Origin: an uncultured Bacteroidales bacterium
GTDB lineage: Bacteria > Bacteroidota > Bacteroidia > Bacteroidales > GWA2-32-17
DNA length: 64,000 nucleotides
Direction: 5' to 3'
Assembly (NCBI GenBank): GCA_964431135.1
Contig: CAYSIN010000003.1
Coordinates: 3,182 to 67,181 of the forward strand
The notes under the pieces: generated by a model
What the model was told of the DNA's origin: nothing
The model's input: the letters and a program-made list of their open reading frames with translations, nothing else
The model's database searches: none
Shown here: one piece after another, positions 55,971 to 64,000 of the stretch
Numbering within the stretch: position 1 is the stretch's first letter
Layout of the letters: the number at the start of each line of letters is the position of its first letter
Program-made: the position numbers and the translations under genes

Positions 55971-55978
55971 TATTTTTG
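55971..55978 (+). promoter_or_regulatory. Candidate -7 promoter box (TATTTTTG) for pcm
   Basis: Matches TAnnTTTG, 15 nt upstream of the ATG at 55994. There is no clean -33 element. Confidence 0.3.
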
Positions 55979-55993
55979 CATAATGTGATAAAG

Positions 55994-56632
55994 ATGGAAG
56001 ATACGTATTTTCATAAGGGATTAAGGCAAAAACTGGTAAAGAAACTACGCGAAAAAGGTATTACATCAGAAGAAGTGTTGGCAGCCATTTCCATGGTACC
56101 ACGACATTTTTTTGTAGCAAAGGGACTGGAACGATTAGCGTATGAAGACCAGGCTTTGCCGATAGAAGAAGGGCAAACAATTTCACAACCCTATACCGTT
56201 GCTTTTCAAACACAGTTATTATCTATATCAAAGGGAGATAAAGTGCTTGAAATAGGCACTGGAAGCGGTTATCAGGCTGCTATTTTAGCCGAAATGGGAG
56301 CGAAAGTATTTTCCATTGAACGTCATCATGCGTTATTTCAACAAGCACAGCGATTGTTGTTGAGTATGGGATATAAAGTTCAATTGTTCTATGGCGACGG
56401 CTATTTGGGAAAACCATCGTATGCTCCTTTTCAAAAAATTATTATTACTGCTGGAGCACAGGAAATGCCGCAACAATTAATAGAACAACTATCTGTTAAT
56501 GGGCGTATGGTTATTCCCGTAGGCGAAAATGTGCAGGAAATGACATTGATTGTTAAACAGCCAAACGGTGAATTATCTATTACTAAACATGGACAATTTT
56601 CATTTGTTCCATTTATAAAAGGAAAATCATGA
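55994..56632 (+). CDS. pcm: Protein-L-isoaspartate O-methyltransferase
   Basis: 212 aa from ATG (MEDTYFHKG). The track start at 55976 is TTG. Motifs are TISQPYTVA, the SAM motif VLEIGTGSGYQAA, and RMVIPVG. Confidence 0.9.
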   Translation: MEDTYFHKGLRQKLVKKLREKGITSEEVLAAISMVPRHFFVAKGLERLAYEDQALPIEEGQTISQPYTVAFQTQLLSISKGDKVLEIGTGSGYQAAILAEMGAKVFSIERHHALFQQAQRLLLSMGYKVQLFYGDGYLGKPSYAPFQKIIITAGAQEMPQQLIEQLSVNGRMVIPVGENVQEMTLIVKQPNGELSITKHGQFSFVPFIKGKS

Positions 56633-56636
56633 AACT

Positions 56637-57281
56637 ATGTTAACGTTAAAAACTTTTTTATTCAATCCTTTATCGGTAAATTGTTATGTGGTGCATGCCG
56701 AAAATGGTGAAACCGCAATTATTGACCCGGCATGTTATAATGAAAATGAACAGCAACAATTAATAGATTATGTTCAGACCAATCGTTTAAAGGTAAAACA
56801 TCTTATTTTAACTCATTTTCATTTTGACCATTTGATGGGTGCTGCTTTTGCCGTCAATCATTTTGGTATTCCGTTATCTGCACACAAAGATTTTATTTTT
56901 TTGTATGGTAATTTTGATGTCACATTTCAATCAACTTTTTTTGGATTTACGGTAAAGCAACCACCAAAACCAAAAGTCTTATTGGATGAAGATGATGAAA
57001 TAGCATTAAACGGATATTCATTAAAAGTATTACATGTTCCGGGTCATTCGCCTTGTGGCATTGCCTTATATTCCAAAGAATCTAAATTTGTCATTTCAGG
57101 CGATTCACTGTTTGAAGGTGTTATTGGACGAACAGACCTTTTAGGGGGAAATACAGAACAATTGCTGCATTCCATTCAAACCAAAATGTTCGTTCTTCCC
57201 GATTATACGATAGTATATCCCGGTCATGGAAACAGCACGACTATTGAGCAGGAGAAAAAATACAATGTTTTTTTTCAATGA
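56637..57281 (+). CDS. MBL-fold metallo-hydrolase (glyoxalase II-like)
   Basis: 214 aa with motifs LTHFHFDH, HVPGHSP and GDSLF. Confidence 0.85.
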   Translation: MLTLKTFLFNPLSVNCYVVHAENGETAIIDPACYNENEQQQLIDYVQTNRLKVKHLILTHFHFDHLMGAAFAVNHFGIPLSAHKDFIFLYGNFDVTFQSTFFGFTVKQPPKPKVLLDEDDEIALNGYSLKVLHVPGHSPCGIALYSKESKFVISGDSLFEGVIGRTDLLGGNTEQLLHSIQTKMFVLPDYTIVYPGHGNSTTIEQEKKYNVFFQ

Positions 57282-57298
57282 TTTTTTTTATTAGAGTA

Positions 57299-60184
57299 TT
57301 ACCTGTCAGCGTGTAAAAATATTTCTTTATTTTGCTTATGCTCTTCAAGTGTATTGCAGGTACAAACAAGATTTCTGTCTCCATAGGCATCGTCAATACG
57401 TGAAATAGAAGGGAAAAACTTGTTATCTGTTACCCATGGCAAAGGAAATGCAGCCTTTTGGCGTGAATAGGTATGTTTCCATTCGTCGGAAATAAGGTCT
57501 TCGGCAGGATGCGGTGCATTTATCAATACATTATCTTCTTTGGAAGCCTTTCCATCATGTATTTCCATTATTTCATCAAAAATAGAAATCATGGCATCGG
57601 CAAAACGGTTCAATTCCTGTAACGATTCACTTTCGGTAGGCTCAACCATCAATGTGCCATGAACGGGAAATGAAACAGTAGGTGCATGAAATCCATAATC
57701 CATCAATCGTTTGGAAATATCTATTTCGGTAACATTGGCAAGTTCTTTAAACTTATGACAGTTTAAAATCATTTCGTGGGCTACAAATCCATGAATACCG
57801 GTATAAAGTATATCATAATATTTATTTAAACGGGCAGCCAGATAATTGGCATTTAAAATGGAAAATTTGGTAGCATTAGTAAGTCCCTCTGCTCCCATCA
57901 TACTAATATAGGCATGTGAAATAGATAAAATAAGAGGGCTGCCATAAGGTGCCGATGCTACTGCTTCTACACCGTATTTGCCACCTGTTTGAATGAGGGG
58001 ATGCTGAGGTAAAAACTCTTCCAATCCCTTACGCACTAATATAGGACCAACACCGGGACCTCCTCCACCGTGAGGTACAGCAAATGTTTTGTGTAAATTC
58101 AAATGACAAACATCGGCATGGATGCTGGCTGGATTAATCAGCCCTACCTGAGCATTCATGTTGGCACCATCCATGTAAACCAAACCACCGTTTTGATGAA
58201 TAATATCAGCAATTTTTAATATAGATTCTTCAAAAACACCATGTGTAGAAGGATACGTAACCATTATGCCTGCCAGATTTTCTTTGTTCTGTTCGGCTTT
58301 AGAAGTTAAATCGGTCAGGTCAATATTTCCCTTGTTGTCGCAATTTACTACAACGACCTTCATGCCTGCCATAGCCGAACTGGCTGGATTGGTTCCGTGT
58401 GCCGACGAAGGTATCAGCATAACGTTTCGATGACCCTGACCATTTTTCTCGTGATATTTTCGAATGACCATTAATCCAGCATACTCGCCTGCAGCACCAG
58501 AGTTGGGCTGGAAACTGATAGCCGCAAAGCCCGTGATTTCTTTTAAGTACGCACCCAATTCATCAATAATTTGTAAATACCCTTCTACCTGATTTTGCGG
58601 AACAAAGGGATGTATATTTCCAAATTCTGGAAAACTTAATGCAAACATTTCGGATGCGGCATTGAGTTTCATAGTACATGAACCTAACGGAATCATGCTA
58701 TGTGTTAACGAAATGTCCTTTCGTTCCAGTTTTTTAATATAACGCATCATTTCCGTTTCGGAATGATAAGTGTTAAAAACTTTTTGCTGTAATAACGAAT
58801 CGCTTCGCAAACTGGGAATATAATTTTTAGTGGATGTTTTAATAGATATTGATGTATTCAATACGTTGGCAAATATAGCAGCAATGTCTGTAACATCTTC
58901 CACAGTGGTCGTCTCATCTAGCGATAGACGAATCTCTGTTTCGTTAATGTAATTAAAATTAATTTCTTTTTGCAATGCCAGTTTTTTTATTTGTTCTGCC
59001 TTTACAGAAGCAGGCAATGAAATAGAAAGTGTATCAAAAAAAGTGGTGTTTGCTTTATATCCAAGTGATGTAAGCGTTTCGTGAAGTGTTGCTGTTAACT
59101 GATGTATTCGTTGTGCAATGTTTTTTATACCATTATAGCCATGATAAACAACATACATACCAGCCATAGTGGCGAGCAATGCCTGAGCAGTGCATATATT
59201 GGAGGTAGCACGTTCACGTTTAATGTGTTGCTCACGTGTTTGCAAAGCAAGCCTCAAACCGTGACGATTTTTAGTATCTATCGAAACACCAATAATTCTG
59301 CCGGGTATATTGCGTTTAAATTCTTCCTTGCATGCAAAGTAAGCAGCATGAGGACCTCCAAAACCCATTGGAATACCAAAACGTTGTGTAGAACCAAATG
59401 CAATATCGGCACCCCATTCGCCGGGAGGTGTTAGTAAGGTAAGGCTAAGAATGTCGGCAGCCACAGCCAACATTATTCCTTGCTGATGTATTTTTTCTGA
59501 AAATGTTGTGTAGGAAGGAATAGAACCGTCTGATGCAGGATATTGAACTATAGCACCAAAAAAAGTGTTATCAGGAGTAAACGAATTGAAATCGCCTTCT
59601 ACAACTTCAATATTAAAAGGTAATGCACGCGTTTTAATGACGGCAAGTGTTTGAGGAAATATTTTTTTGTCCACCAATAATTTATGACAATTGTTTTTGA
59701 CGGCATCACGTGAGCGACTATTAAACATCATGAGCATGGCTTCGGCGCCGGCGGTGGCTTCATCAAGCATCGAAGCATTGGCTATGGGCAGACGGGTCAG
59801 TTCTACTATGACTGTTTGAAAATTTAACAATGCTTCCAAGCGTCCTTGTGATATTTCTGCCTGATAAGGAGTATAAGAAGTGTACCAACTTGGATTTTCT
59901 AATATGTTTCGCTGTATAACCGCTGGCATGTACGTTCCATAATATCCCATTCCTATATAGGAGCGGTAACATTTATTTTTGGAAGCAATCTGTCTGATTC
60001 GTTTTGCATAGGATGTTTCGTCTATCGCATTGGGCAGATGCAGGGGATTTTTCAATCGGATACTGGACGAAATCGTTTTATCTATCAATTCATCCAAATT
60101 TTTTACTCCAATAACCTTGCACATTTCACTAACTTCAGTTGGTCGTGGACCAATGTGACGCATTTCAAATTTATTCGATTCCAT
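57299..60184 (-). CDS. gcvP: Glycine dehydrogenase (decarboxylating), single-chain P protein
   Basis: 961 aa with YTPYQAEISQGRLE and the PLP-lysine context NLHKTFAVPHGGGGPG. The length is typical of full-length GcvP. Confidence 0.95.
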   Translation of the reverse strand: MESNKFEMRHIGPRPTEVSEMCKVIGVKNLDELIDKTISSSIRLKNPLHLPNAIDETSYAKRIRQIASKNKCYRSYIGMGYYGTYMPAVIQRNILENPSWYTSYTPYQAEISQGRLEALLNFQTVIVELTRLPIANASMLDEATAGAEAMLMMFNSRSRDAVKNNCHKLLVDKKIFPQTLAVIKTRALPFNIEVVEGDFNSFTPDNTFFGAIVQYPASDGSIPSYTTFSEKIHQQGIMLAVAADILSLTLLTPPGEWGADIAFGSTQRFGIPMGFGGPHAAYFACKEEFKRNIPGRIIGVSIDTKNRHGLRLALQTREQHIKRERATSNICTAQALLATMAGMYVVYHGYNGIKNIAQRIHQLTATLHETLTSLGYKANTTFFDTLSISLPASVKAEQIKKLALQKEINFNYINETEIRLSLDETTTVEDVTDIAAIFANVLNTSISIKTSTKNYIPSLRSDSLLQQKVFNTYHSETEMMRYIKKLERKDISLTHSMIPLGSCTMKLNAASEMFALSFPEFGNIHPFVPQNQVEGYLQIIDELGAYLKEITGFAAISFQPNSGAAGEYAGLMVIRKYHEKNGQGHRNVMLIPSSAHGTNPASSAMAGMKVVVVNCDNKGNIDLTDLTSKAEQNKENLAGIMVTYPSTHGVFEESILKIADIIHQNGGLVYMDGANMNAQVGLINPASIHADVCHLNLHKTFAVPHGGGGPGVGPILVRKGLEEFLPQHPLIQTGGKYGVEAVASAPYGSPLILSISHAYISMMGAEGLTNATKFSILNANYLAARLNKYYDILYTGIHGFVAHEMILNCHKFKELANVTEIDISKRLMDYGFHAPTVSFPVHGTLMVEPTESESLQELNRFADAMISIFDEIMEIHDGKASKEDNVLINAPHPAEDLISDEWKHTYSRQKAAFPLPWVTDNKFFPSISRIDDAYGDRNLVCTCNTLEEHKQNKEIFLHADR

Positions 60185-60255
60185 ATTAATTTTATTTGTA
60201 ACTTTACACTTTAAATTTTATGGCATAAAGGTATAAACTTTAATATAATGATTTC

Positions 60256-60939
60256 ATGGAAAAAAGTCATATATTTTTAGATTTTTATAAAGGTAATAGT
60301 AGGAAGATAATTATTATTATTTTCCTTAACATCTTTACTTTTTTTTCATCTTTTGCTCAGGAGGATATTAAAGATACTATTTGGTTTTTAAACGGAGAAC
60401 GATTAATTTCTTCAAGATATATGGTACTTGTAGAAGATGGAATGCTTACATATTATAATAAGCATGATAAAAGAAAACAAGTAGGATTGGAATATGTTTT
60501 TTCAATCGTAGATTCTAAAAATAAAGAAAAAATTTATTTTGAACCTGCAACCATAGACAAAACATTTTATACTGTGGAGCAAATGCGTAGTTTTGTAAAA
60601 GGTGAATTTAGTGCAAGGAATGAATACAAGCCTTCTTTTGCTTTGGCATCGGGATTAATAATTGGTGCAGGTGCTGTATATGCCGTACCTACTTTGTTAA
60701 ATCTTAATGTATTTTTTTCTCCATTAGTTCCGGCAGCAAATACAGCCATCGTAGGCAATTTTAATATAAAAGACAGCAAGATTATTAAAAAATATCCTGC
60801 CATGACAGATGATAGTTATTTTATTGCCGGATATAAAGAAGTGGCTACACAAAAACGGATTAATAATTCTATGAAAGGTGGGCTTATAGGTCTGGGATTA
60901 GGTATCATCAGTGCTATTGTGATAAATAAATCAAAATAG
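60256..60939 (+). CDS. Hypothetical membrane protein
   Basis: 227 aa with an N-terminal hydrophobic segment (..FSSFAQE) and Gly-rich TM-like segments near the middle and C-terminus. I recognised no motif. Confidence 0.4.
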   Translation: MEKSHIFLDFYKGNSRKIIIIIFLNIFTFFSSFAQEDIKDTIWFLNGERLISSRYMVLVEDGMLTYYNKHDKRKQVGLEYVFSIVDSKNKEKIYFEPATIDKTFYTVEQMRSFVKGEFSARNEYKPSFALASGLIIGAGAVYAVPTLLNLNVFFSPLVPAANTAIVGNFNIKDSKIIKKYPAMTDDSYFIAGYKEVATQKRINNSMKGGLIGLGLGIISAIVINKSK

Positions 60940-60992
60940 GTGAACAATTTAAAACTTTAATAAGTTAGTAGTATAAAACTGGAAGAGCAATC

Positions 60993-62237
60993 ATGGCAAA
61001 AATAAATTTTGAACGTCTTGTTTTGAAAAATGGATTGGAAATTATTTTGCATCAGGATACGCAAACACCTTTGATTGCGGTTAATACTTTATATAAGGTT
61101 GGTTCAAGAAATGAAACTCCCGACAAAACAGGTTTTGCTCATTTGTTTGAACATTTAATGTTTAGTGGCTCGTCTCATGTACCCGACTATGATACAGTTA
61201 TAGTGAATGCTTGTGGCGAAAACAATGCGTTTACCAATACCGACATTACCAATTTTTATGCAGTAATACCAGCACAAAATCTTGAAGTTGCTTTGTGGGC
61301 TGAATCAGACAGAATGCAGTCGTTGAATTTTATCCAGCAATCGCTGGATGTGCAGCGAAAAGTAGTGGTTGAAGAATTTAAACAACGTTACCTAAACAAA
61401 CCGTATGGTGATGTATGGCATTTACTGCGTCCTTTGATTTATAACGTACACCCTTATCAATGGCCTACTATTGGAAAAAAAATTGAACACATAGAACATG
61501 CTACCATGGCAGAAGTAAAAGATTTTTATAATGCATGGTATGCACCCAATAATGCTGTATTAAGCATTGCAGGCAACATGAATATAGATAAAACAAAGAC
61601 CATGGTTGAAAAATGGTTTTCGGATATTCCACCTAAAAAAGTTCCAACGCTACATCTGCCCGATGAACCTGAAAAAAGAGAAAAAACCTGTTTAACAGTT
61701 GAAAGAAATGTGCCAGCATCTGCCTTGTATATGGCTTTTTTAATGCCCGAAAGGCTACACGAACGTTATCCCGTTTATGATTTGATTTCAGATTTATTAT
61801 GTAATGGTAAATCGTCACGGTTATATTATTCCTTAGTTAAGGAGAAAAAAATATTTCAGGAAATATATGGTTATATTGCTGGAAGTTATGATAAAGGTTT
61901 TTTAATGCTCGAAGGAAAAATTCATGATAATACCACTCTGGAGCAAGCCGAAGAGGCTGTTTGGAAAGAATTGTATGATGTCAAGCAAAGCCTTCGTGAA
62001 TACGAATTGCAAAAAGTAAAAAATAAATATGAATCTGCTTTTATTTCATCGTATATTAACATTATGGCACGTGCAGAATTATTGGCTTATTATCAAACCT
62101 TGGGTGATGCTGAATGGTTCAACACAGAAATGAAAAAATACGAAAAAGTTGGTTTACACGACATACTGTCTGTTTTTGAAACCTGTTTAATACCATCAAA
62201 ATCTGTTGTGTTGTATTATAAAAAAGCATCGCTATGA
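60993..62237 (+). CDS. M16-family (pitrilysin-like) zinc peptidase, active-type subunit
   Basis: 414 aa with the inverted zinc motif FAHLFEHLMFSG (HxxEH) and a downstream Glu (NAFTNTD..). Confidence 0.85.
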   Translation: MAKINFERLVLKNGLEIILHQDTQTPLIAVNTLYKVGSRNETPDKTGFAHLFEHLMFSGSSHVPDYDTVIVNACGENNAFTNTDITNFYAVIPAQNLEVALWAESDRMQSLNFIQQSLDVQRKVVVEEFKQRYLNKPYGDVWHLLRPLIYNVHPYQWPTIGKKIEHIEHATMAEVKDFYNAWYAPNNAVLSIAGNMNIDKTKTMVEKWFSDIPPKKVPTLHLPDEPEKREKTCLTVERNVPASALYMAFLMPERLHERYPVYDLISDLLCNGKSSRLYYSLVKEKKIFQEIYGYIAGSYDKGFLMLEGKIHDNTTLEQAEEAVWKELYDVKQSLREYELQKVKNKYESAFISSYINIMARAELLAYYQTLGDAEWFNTEMKKYEKVGLHDILSVFETCLIPSKSVVLYYKKASL

Positions 62238-63502
62238 TAGACCGATTCATTTCACCGGAAACGACAAATGTTTTTAATATTCATATCCCTTCGGTGAAGG
62301 TATGTCAATGTTCAGATGTGCCCTTATATAGAATTGATGGTGGTGTACAACCATTAATAAAACTGGATGTTTTTTTTCAGGCAGGAGACGCATGGGCAAA
62401 TAATGCATTAATACCAAACTTTACCAATGCATTGGTGCTTGAAAGTACTAAAAAGCACACTTCCCATGAATTAGCCGAAGCATTAGATTTTATGGGTGCA
62501 GAAATAAATCCGCTTAATGGAAGCAAATACTCTTGCTTTTCATTGATTTCACTTACCAAATATTTTCCCGATGCAATAAAAATATTAACCGAAATGCTTA
62601 ATGAACCTTTATTTTCGGAAGAAGATTTTGTGGTTTATCGAAACAACATGAAAAAACAATTTTTCGTGGACATACAAGATGTGTCTTATCAGGCTCGCAG
62701 GTATTTTAAAGCGTTGCTATTTGGTAAAGAACATCCTTATGGAAAAATAGTGGATGAAAATGATTTTGACTTTATTGTTCCAGAGCAACTCAAAGACTAT
62801 TTTACTCGTCTATATCATAAAAAAAATGTTCAACTTTTTATTTCGGGCGACATGAATAATGAAGTATTGAATATATTGAACCGTCATTTTACACTGATGG
62901 ATGGAACATTTCCACATTTTAATTTGCCTTCAGTCGTTGCTTCGTCTTCCATGTCCAGAACCATAAAAATGGAGCATGCCATTCAAAGTGCCATTCGCAT
63001 TGGAAAAACAGTAATACCAAAATCACATCCCGATTATCCGGCATTACAAATCGCTACTACCGTATTAGGTGGTTATTTTGGCTCACGACTTATGCAGGTA
63101 CTTCGTGAAGAAAAAGGATATACTTATGGTGTAGGCACAGCATTGGTTAATTATGACGAAATTAGTTATTTTGTAGTAGCCACCGAAGTTGCTAAAGAAG
63201 CAACTTACGATGCAATAAATTGCATTTATCATGAAATAGATAAACTTTGTACTGAAGAAATCTCAAGTACCGAAATGGAAAATGTACGTTCATATTTGTT
63301 GGGTGAATTTCTACGTTCTATGGATGGACCGTTTAATATTATGGAAACATATAAAGCCGTTCACAATATCAATCTAACCATGGAATATTATACTTATTAC
63401 TTAGATGTCTTAACTCATATTCAGCCTCGTAAAATATTGGAAGTTGCCAATCGTTATTTAGTTAATGATTTTATTGAAGTCATAGCAGGAGATATTGAAT
63501 AG
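62234..63502 (+). CDS. M16-family peptidase, non-catalytic-type partner
   Basis: 422 aa with a 4-nt overlap with the previous gene. It has an M16-like fold pattern but no HxxEH motif. Confidence 0.75.
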   Translation: MIDRFISPETTNVFNIHIPSVKVCQCSDVPLYRIDGGVQPLIKLDVFFQAGDAWANNALIPNFTNALVLESTKKHTSHELAEALDFMGAEINPLNGSKYSCFSLISLTKYFPDAIKILTEMLNEPLFSEEDFVVYRNNMKKQFFVDIQDVSYQARRYFKALLFGKEHPYGKIVDENDFDFIVPEQLKDYFTRLYHKKNVQLFISGDMNNEVLNILNRHFTLMDGTFPHFNLPSVVASSSMSRTIKMEHAIQSAIRIGKTVIPKSHPDYPALQIATTVLGGYFGSRLMQVLREEKGYTYGVGTALVNYDEISYFVVATEVAKEATYDAINCIYHEIDKLCTEEISSTEMENVRSYLLGEFLRSMDGPFNIMETYKAVHNINLTMEYYTYYLDVLTHIQPRKILEVANRYLVNDFIEVIAGDIE

Positions 63503-63503
63503 T

Positions 63504-64000
63504 ATGAAACATTTTTCTCTCTATATTATTTTCTTTTTGTCGATTGGAACTATACAGGCACAGAAATCCAATACACCGCTAACTCCCATAATCGATTCGG
63601 TTAGTGTTGCCGACCCTAATACCGGTCATGTTTATATCAGTTGGTTTCCCAGTGATTCTGCCGATGGATATCGTATCTATCGTTCCATAAACATGATTTG
63701 GCAACAAGTAGCGGATGTACCTGCTCCAGCAACCTCTTATCTTGACATGAATGCAGCAGCCAATTTTCATCCCGAACTGTATCGCATGGCTGCATACAGA
63801 ATTGTACATGATACCTTGTATTTAAGTGTAATTACCGATTCCAGTCTTTATCATAATACCATTTATGTGTTTCCATATCAGGATAGCATTAATTGCCATT
63901 TTGCCATACGTCTTAACTGGAACAAGTATGTCAATTGGCCCGAAGGCGTGAAGGAATATAAAATATTTATCAGCGAAAACAGCAGCCCATGGTCATTGCT
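63504..64000 (+). CDS. Secreted protein of unknown function, N-terminal part only (runs off the right edge)
   Basis: My translation from ATG 63504 gives MKHFSLYIIFFLSIGTIQAQKSNTPLTPIIDSVSVADPNTGHVYISWFPSDSADGYRIYRS... It has a signal peptide and FN3-like strands. The frame is open to the window end. The minus ORF 63579-63809 is an antisense shadow. Confidence 0.5.
   Translation, partial: MKHFSLYIIFFLSIGTIQAQKSNTPLTPIIDSVSVADPNTGHVYISWFPSDSADGYRIYRSINMIWQQVADVPAPATSYLDMNAAANFHPELYRMAAYRIVHDTLYLSVITDSSLYHNTIYVFPYQDSINCHFAIRLNWNKYVNWPEGVKEYKIFISENSSPWSL

Noticed and set aside
60993-63502. Paired M16 peptidase genes as something unusual
   Set aside because: An active (HxxEH) plus inactive M16 pair with overlapping stop and start is a common arrangement.

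Overview
This is 64 kb of AT-rich chromosome that reads like an anaerobic member of the Bacteroidota. The evidence is T9SS C-terminal sorting domains (..IYPNP..), a DUF4290-murA pairing, a MurF-Alr fusion, TAnnTTTG-type -7 boxes, and almost no Shine-Dalgarno sequences.

I support about 55 protein genes, mostly housekeeping:
- Cell envelope: partial pbpC, an O-antigen-ligase-like protein, SpoIID-like, lpxB, surE, murA, murF/alr, and a LysM lytic transglycosylase.
- Fermentation and redox: a hydC-hydB-hydA [FeFe]-hydrogenase operon, hydG with two small TM1266-like regulator paralogs, rubrerythrin, a pta-ackA-ptb-buk cluster, trxA and gcvP.
- DNA functions: a UvrD-like helicase, dprA, nth and tatD.
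- Others: one tmRNA gene, several T9SS-secreted peptidases and adhesin-like proteins, and one compact type II restriction-modification pair.

I saw no rRNA, tRNA, CRISPR array, prophage or intact transposase. Genes from 1 to about 36.5 kb are almost all on the minus strand.

I did not find a convincing novel multi-gene system. The least explained structure is non-coding. A set of short sequence modules and hairpins (my labels R1-R7) is reused in shuffled order and orientation in the longest intergenic spacers (about 3.3-3.65, 34.3, 39.15, 49.3-49.6, 51.2-51.3 and 53.2 kb). One pair of inverted R1 copies brackets a two-gene PKD-lipoprotein/beta-barrel cassette.

Secondary leads:
- The hydrogenase has a short HydB and a TSCSPGW H-cluster motif.
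- A strong Shine-Dalgarno sequence occurs only on the hyd operon.
- A truncated RAYT-like transposase remnant sits at the hyd operon's 3' boundary.
- The restriction-modification pair is AT-rich, and its nuclease is one I cannot assign to a family.

All homology statements come from motif recognition by eye. No searches were run.
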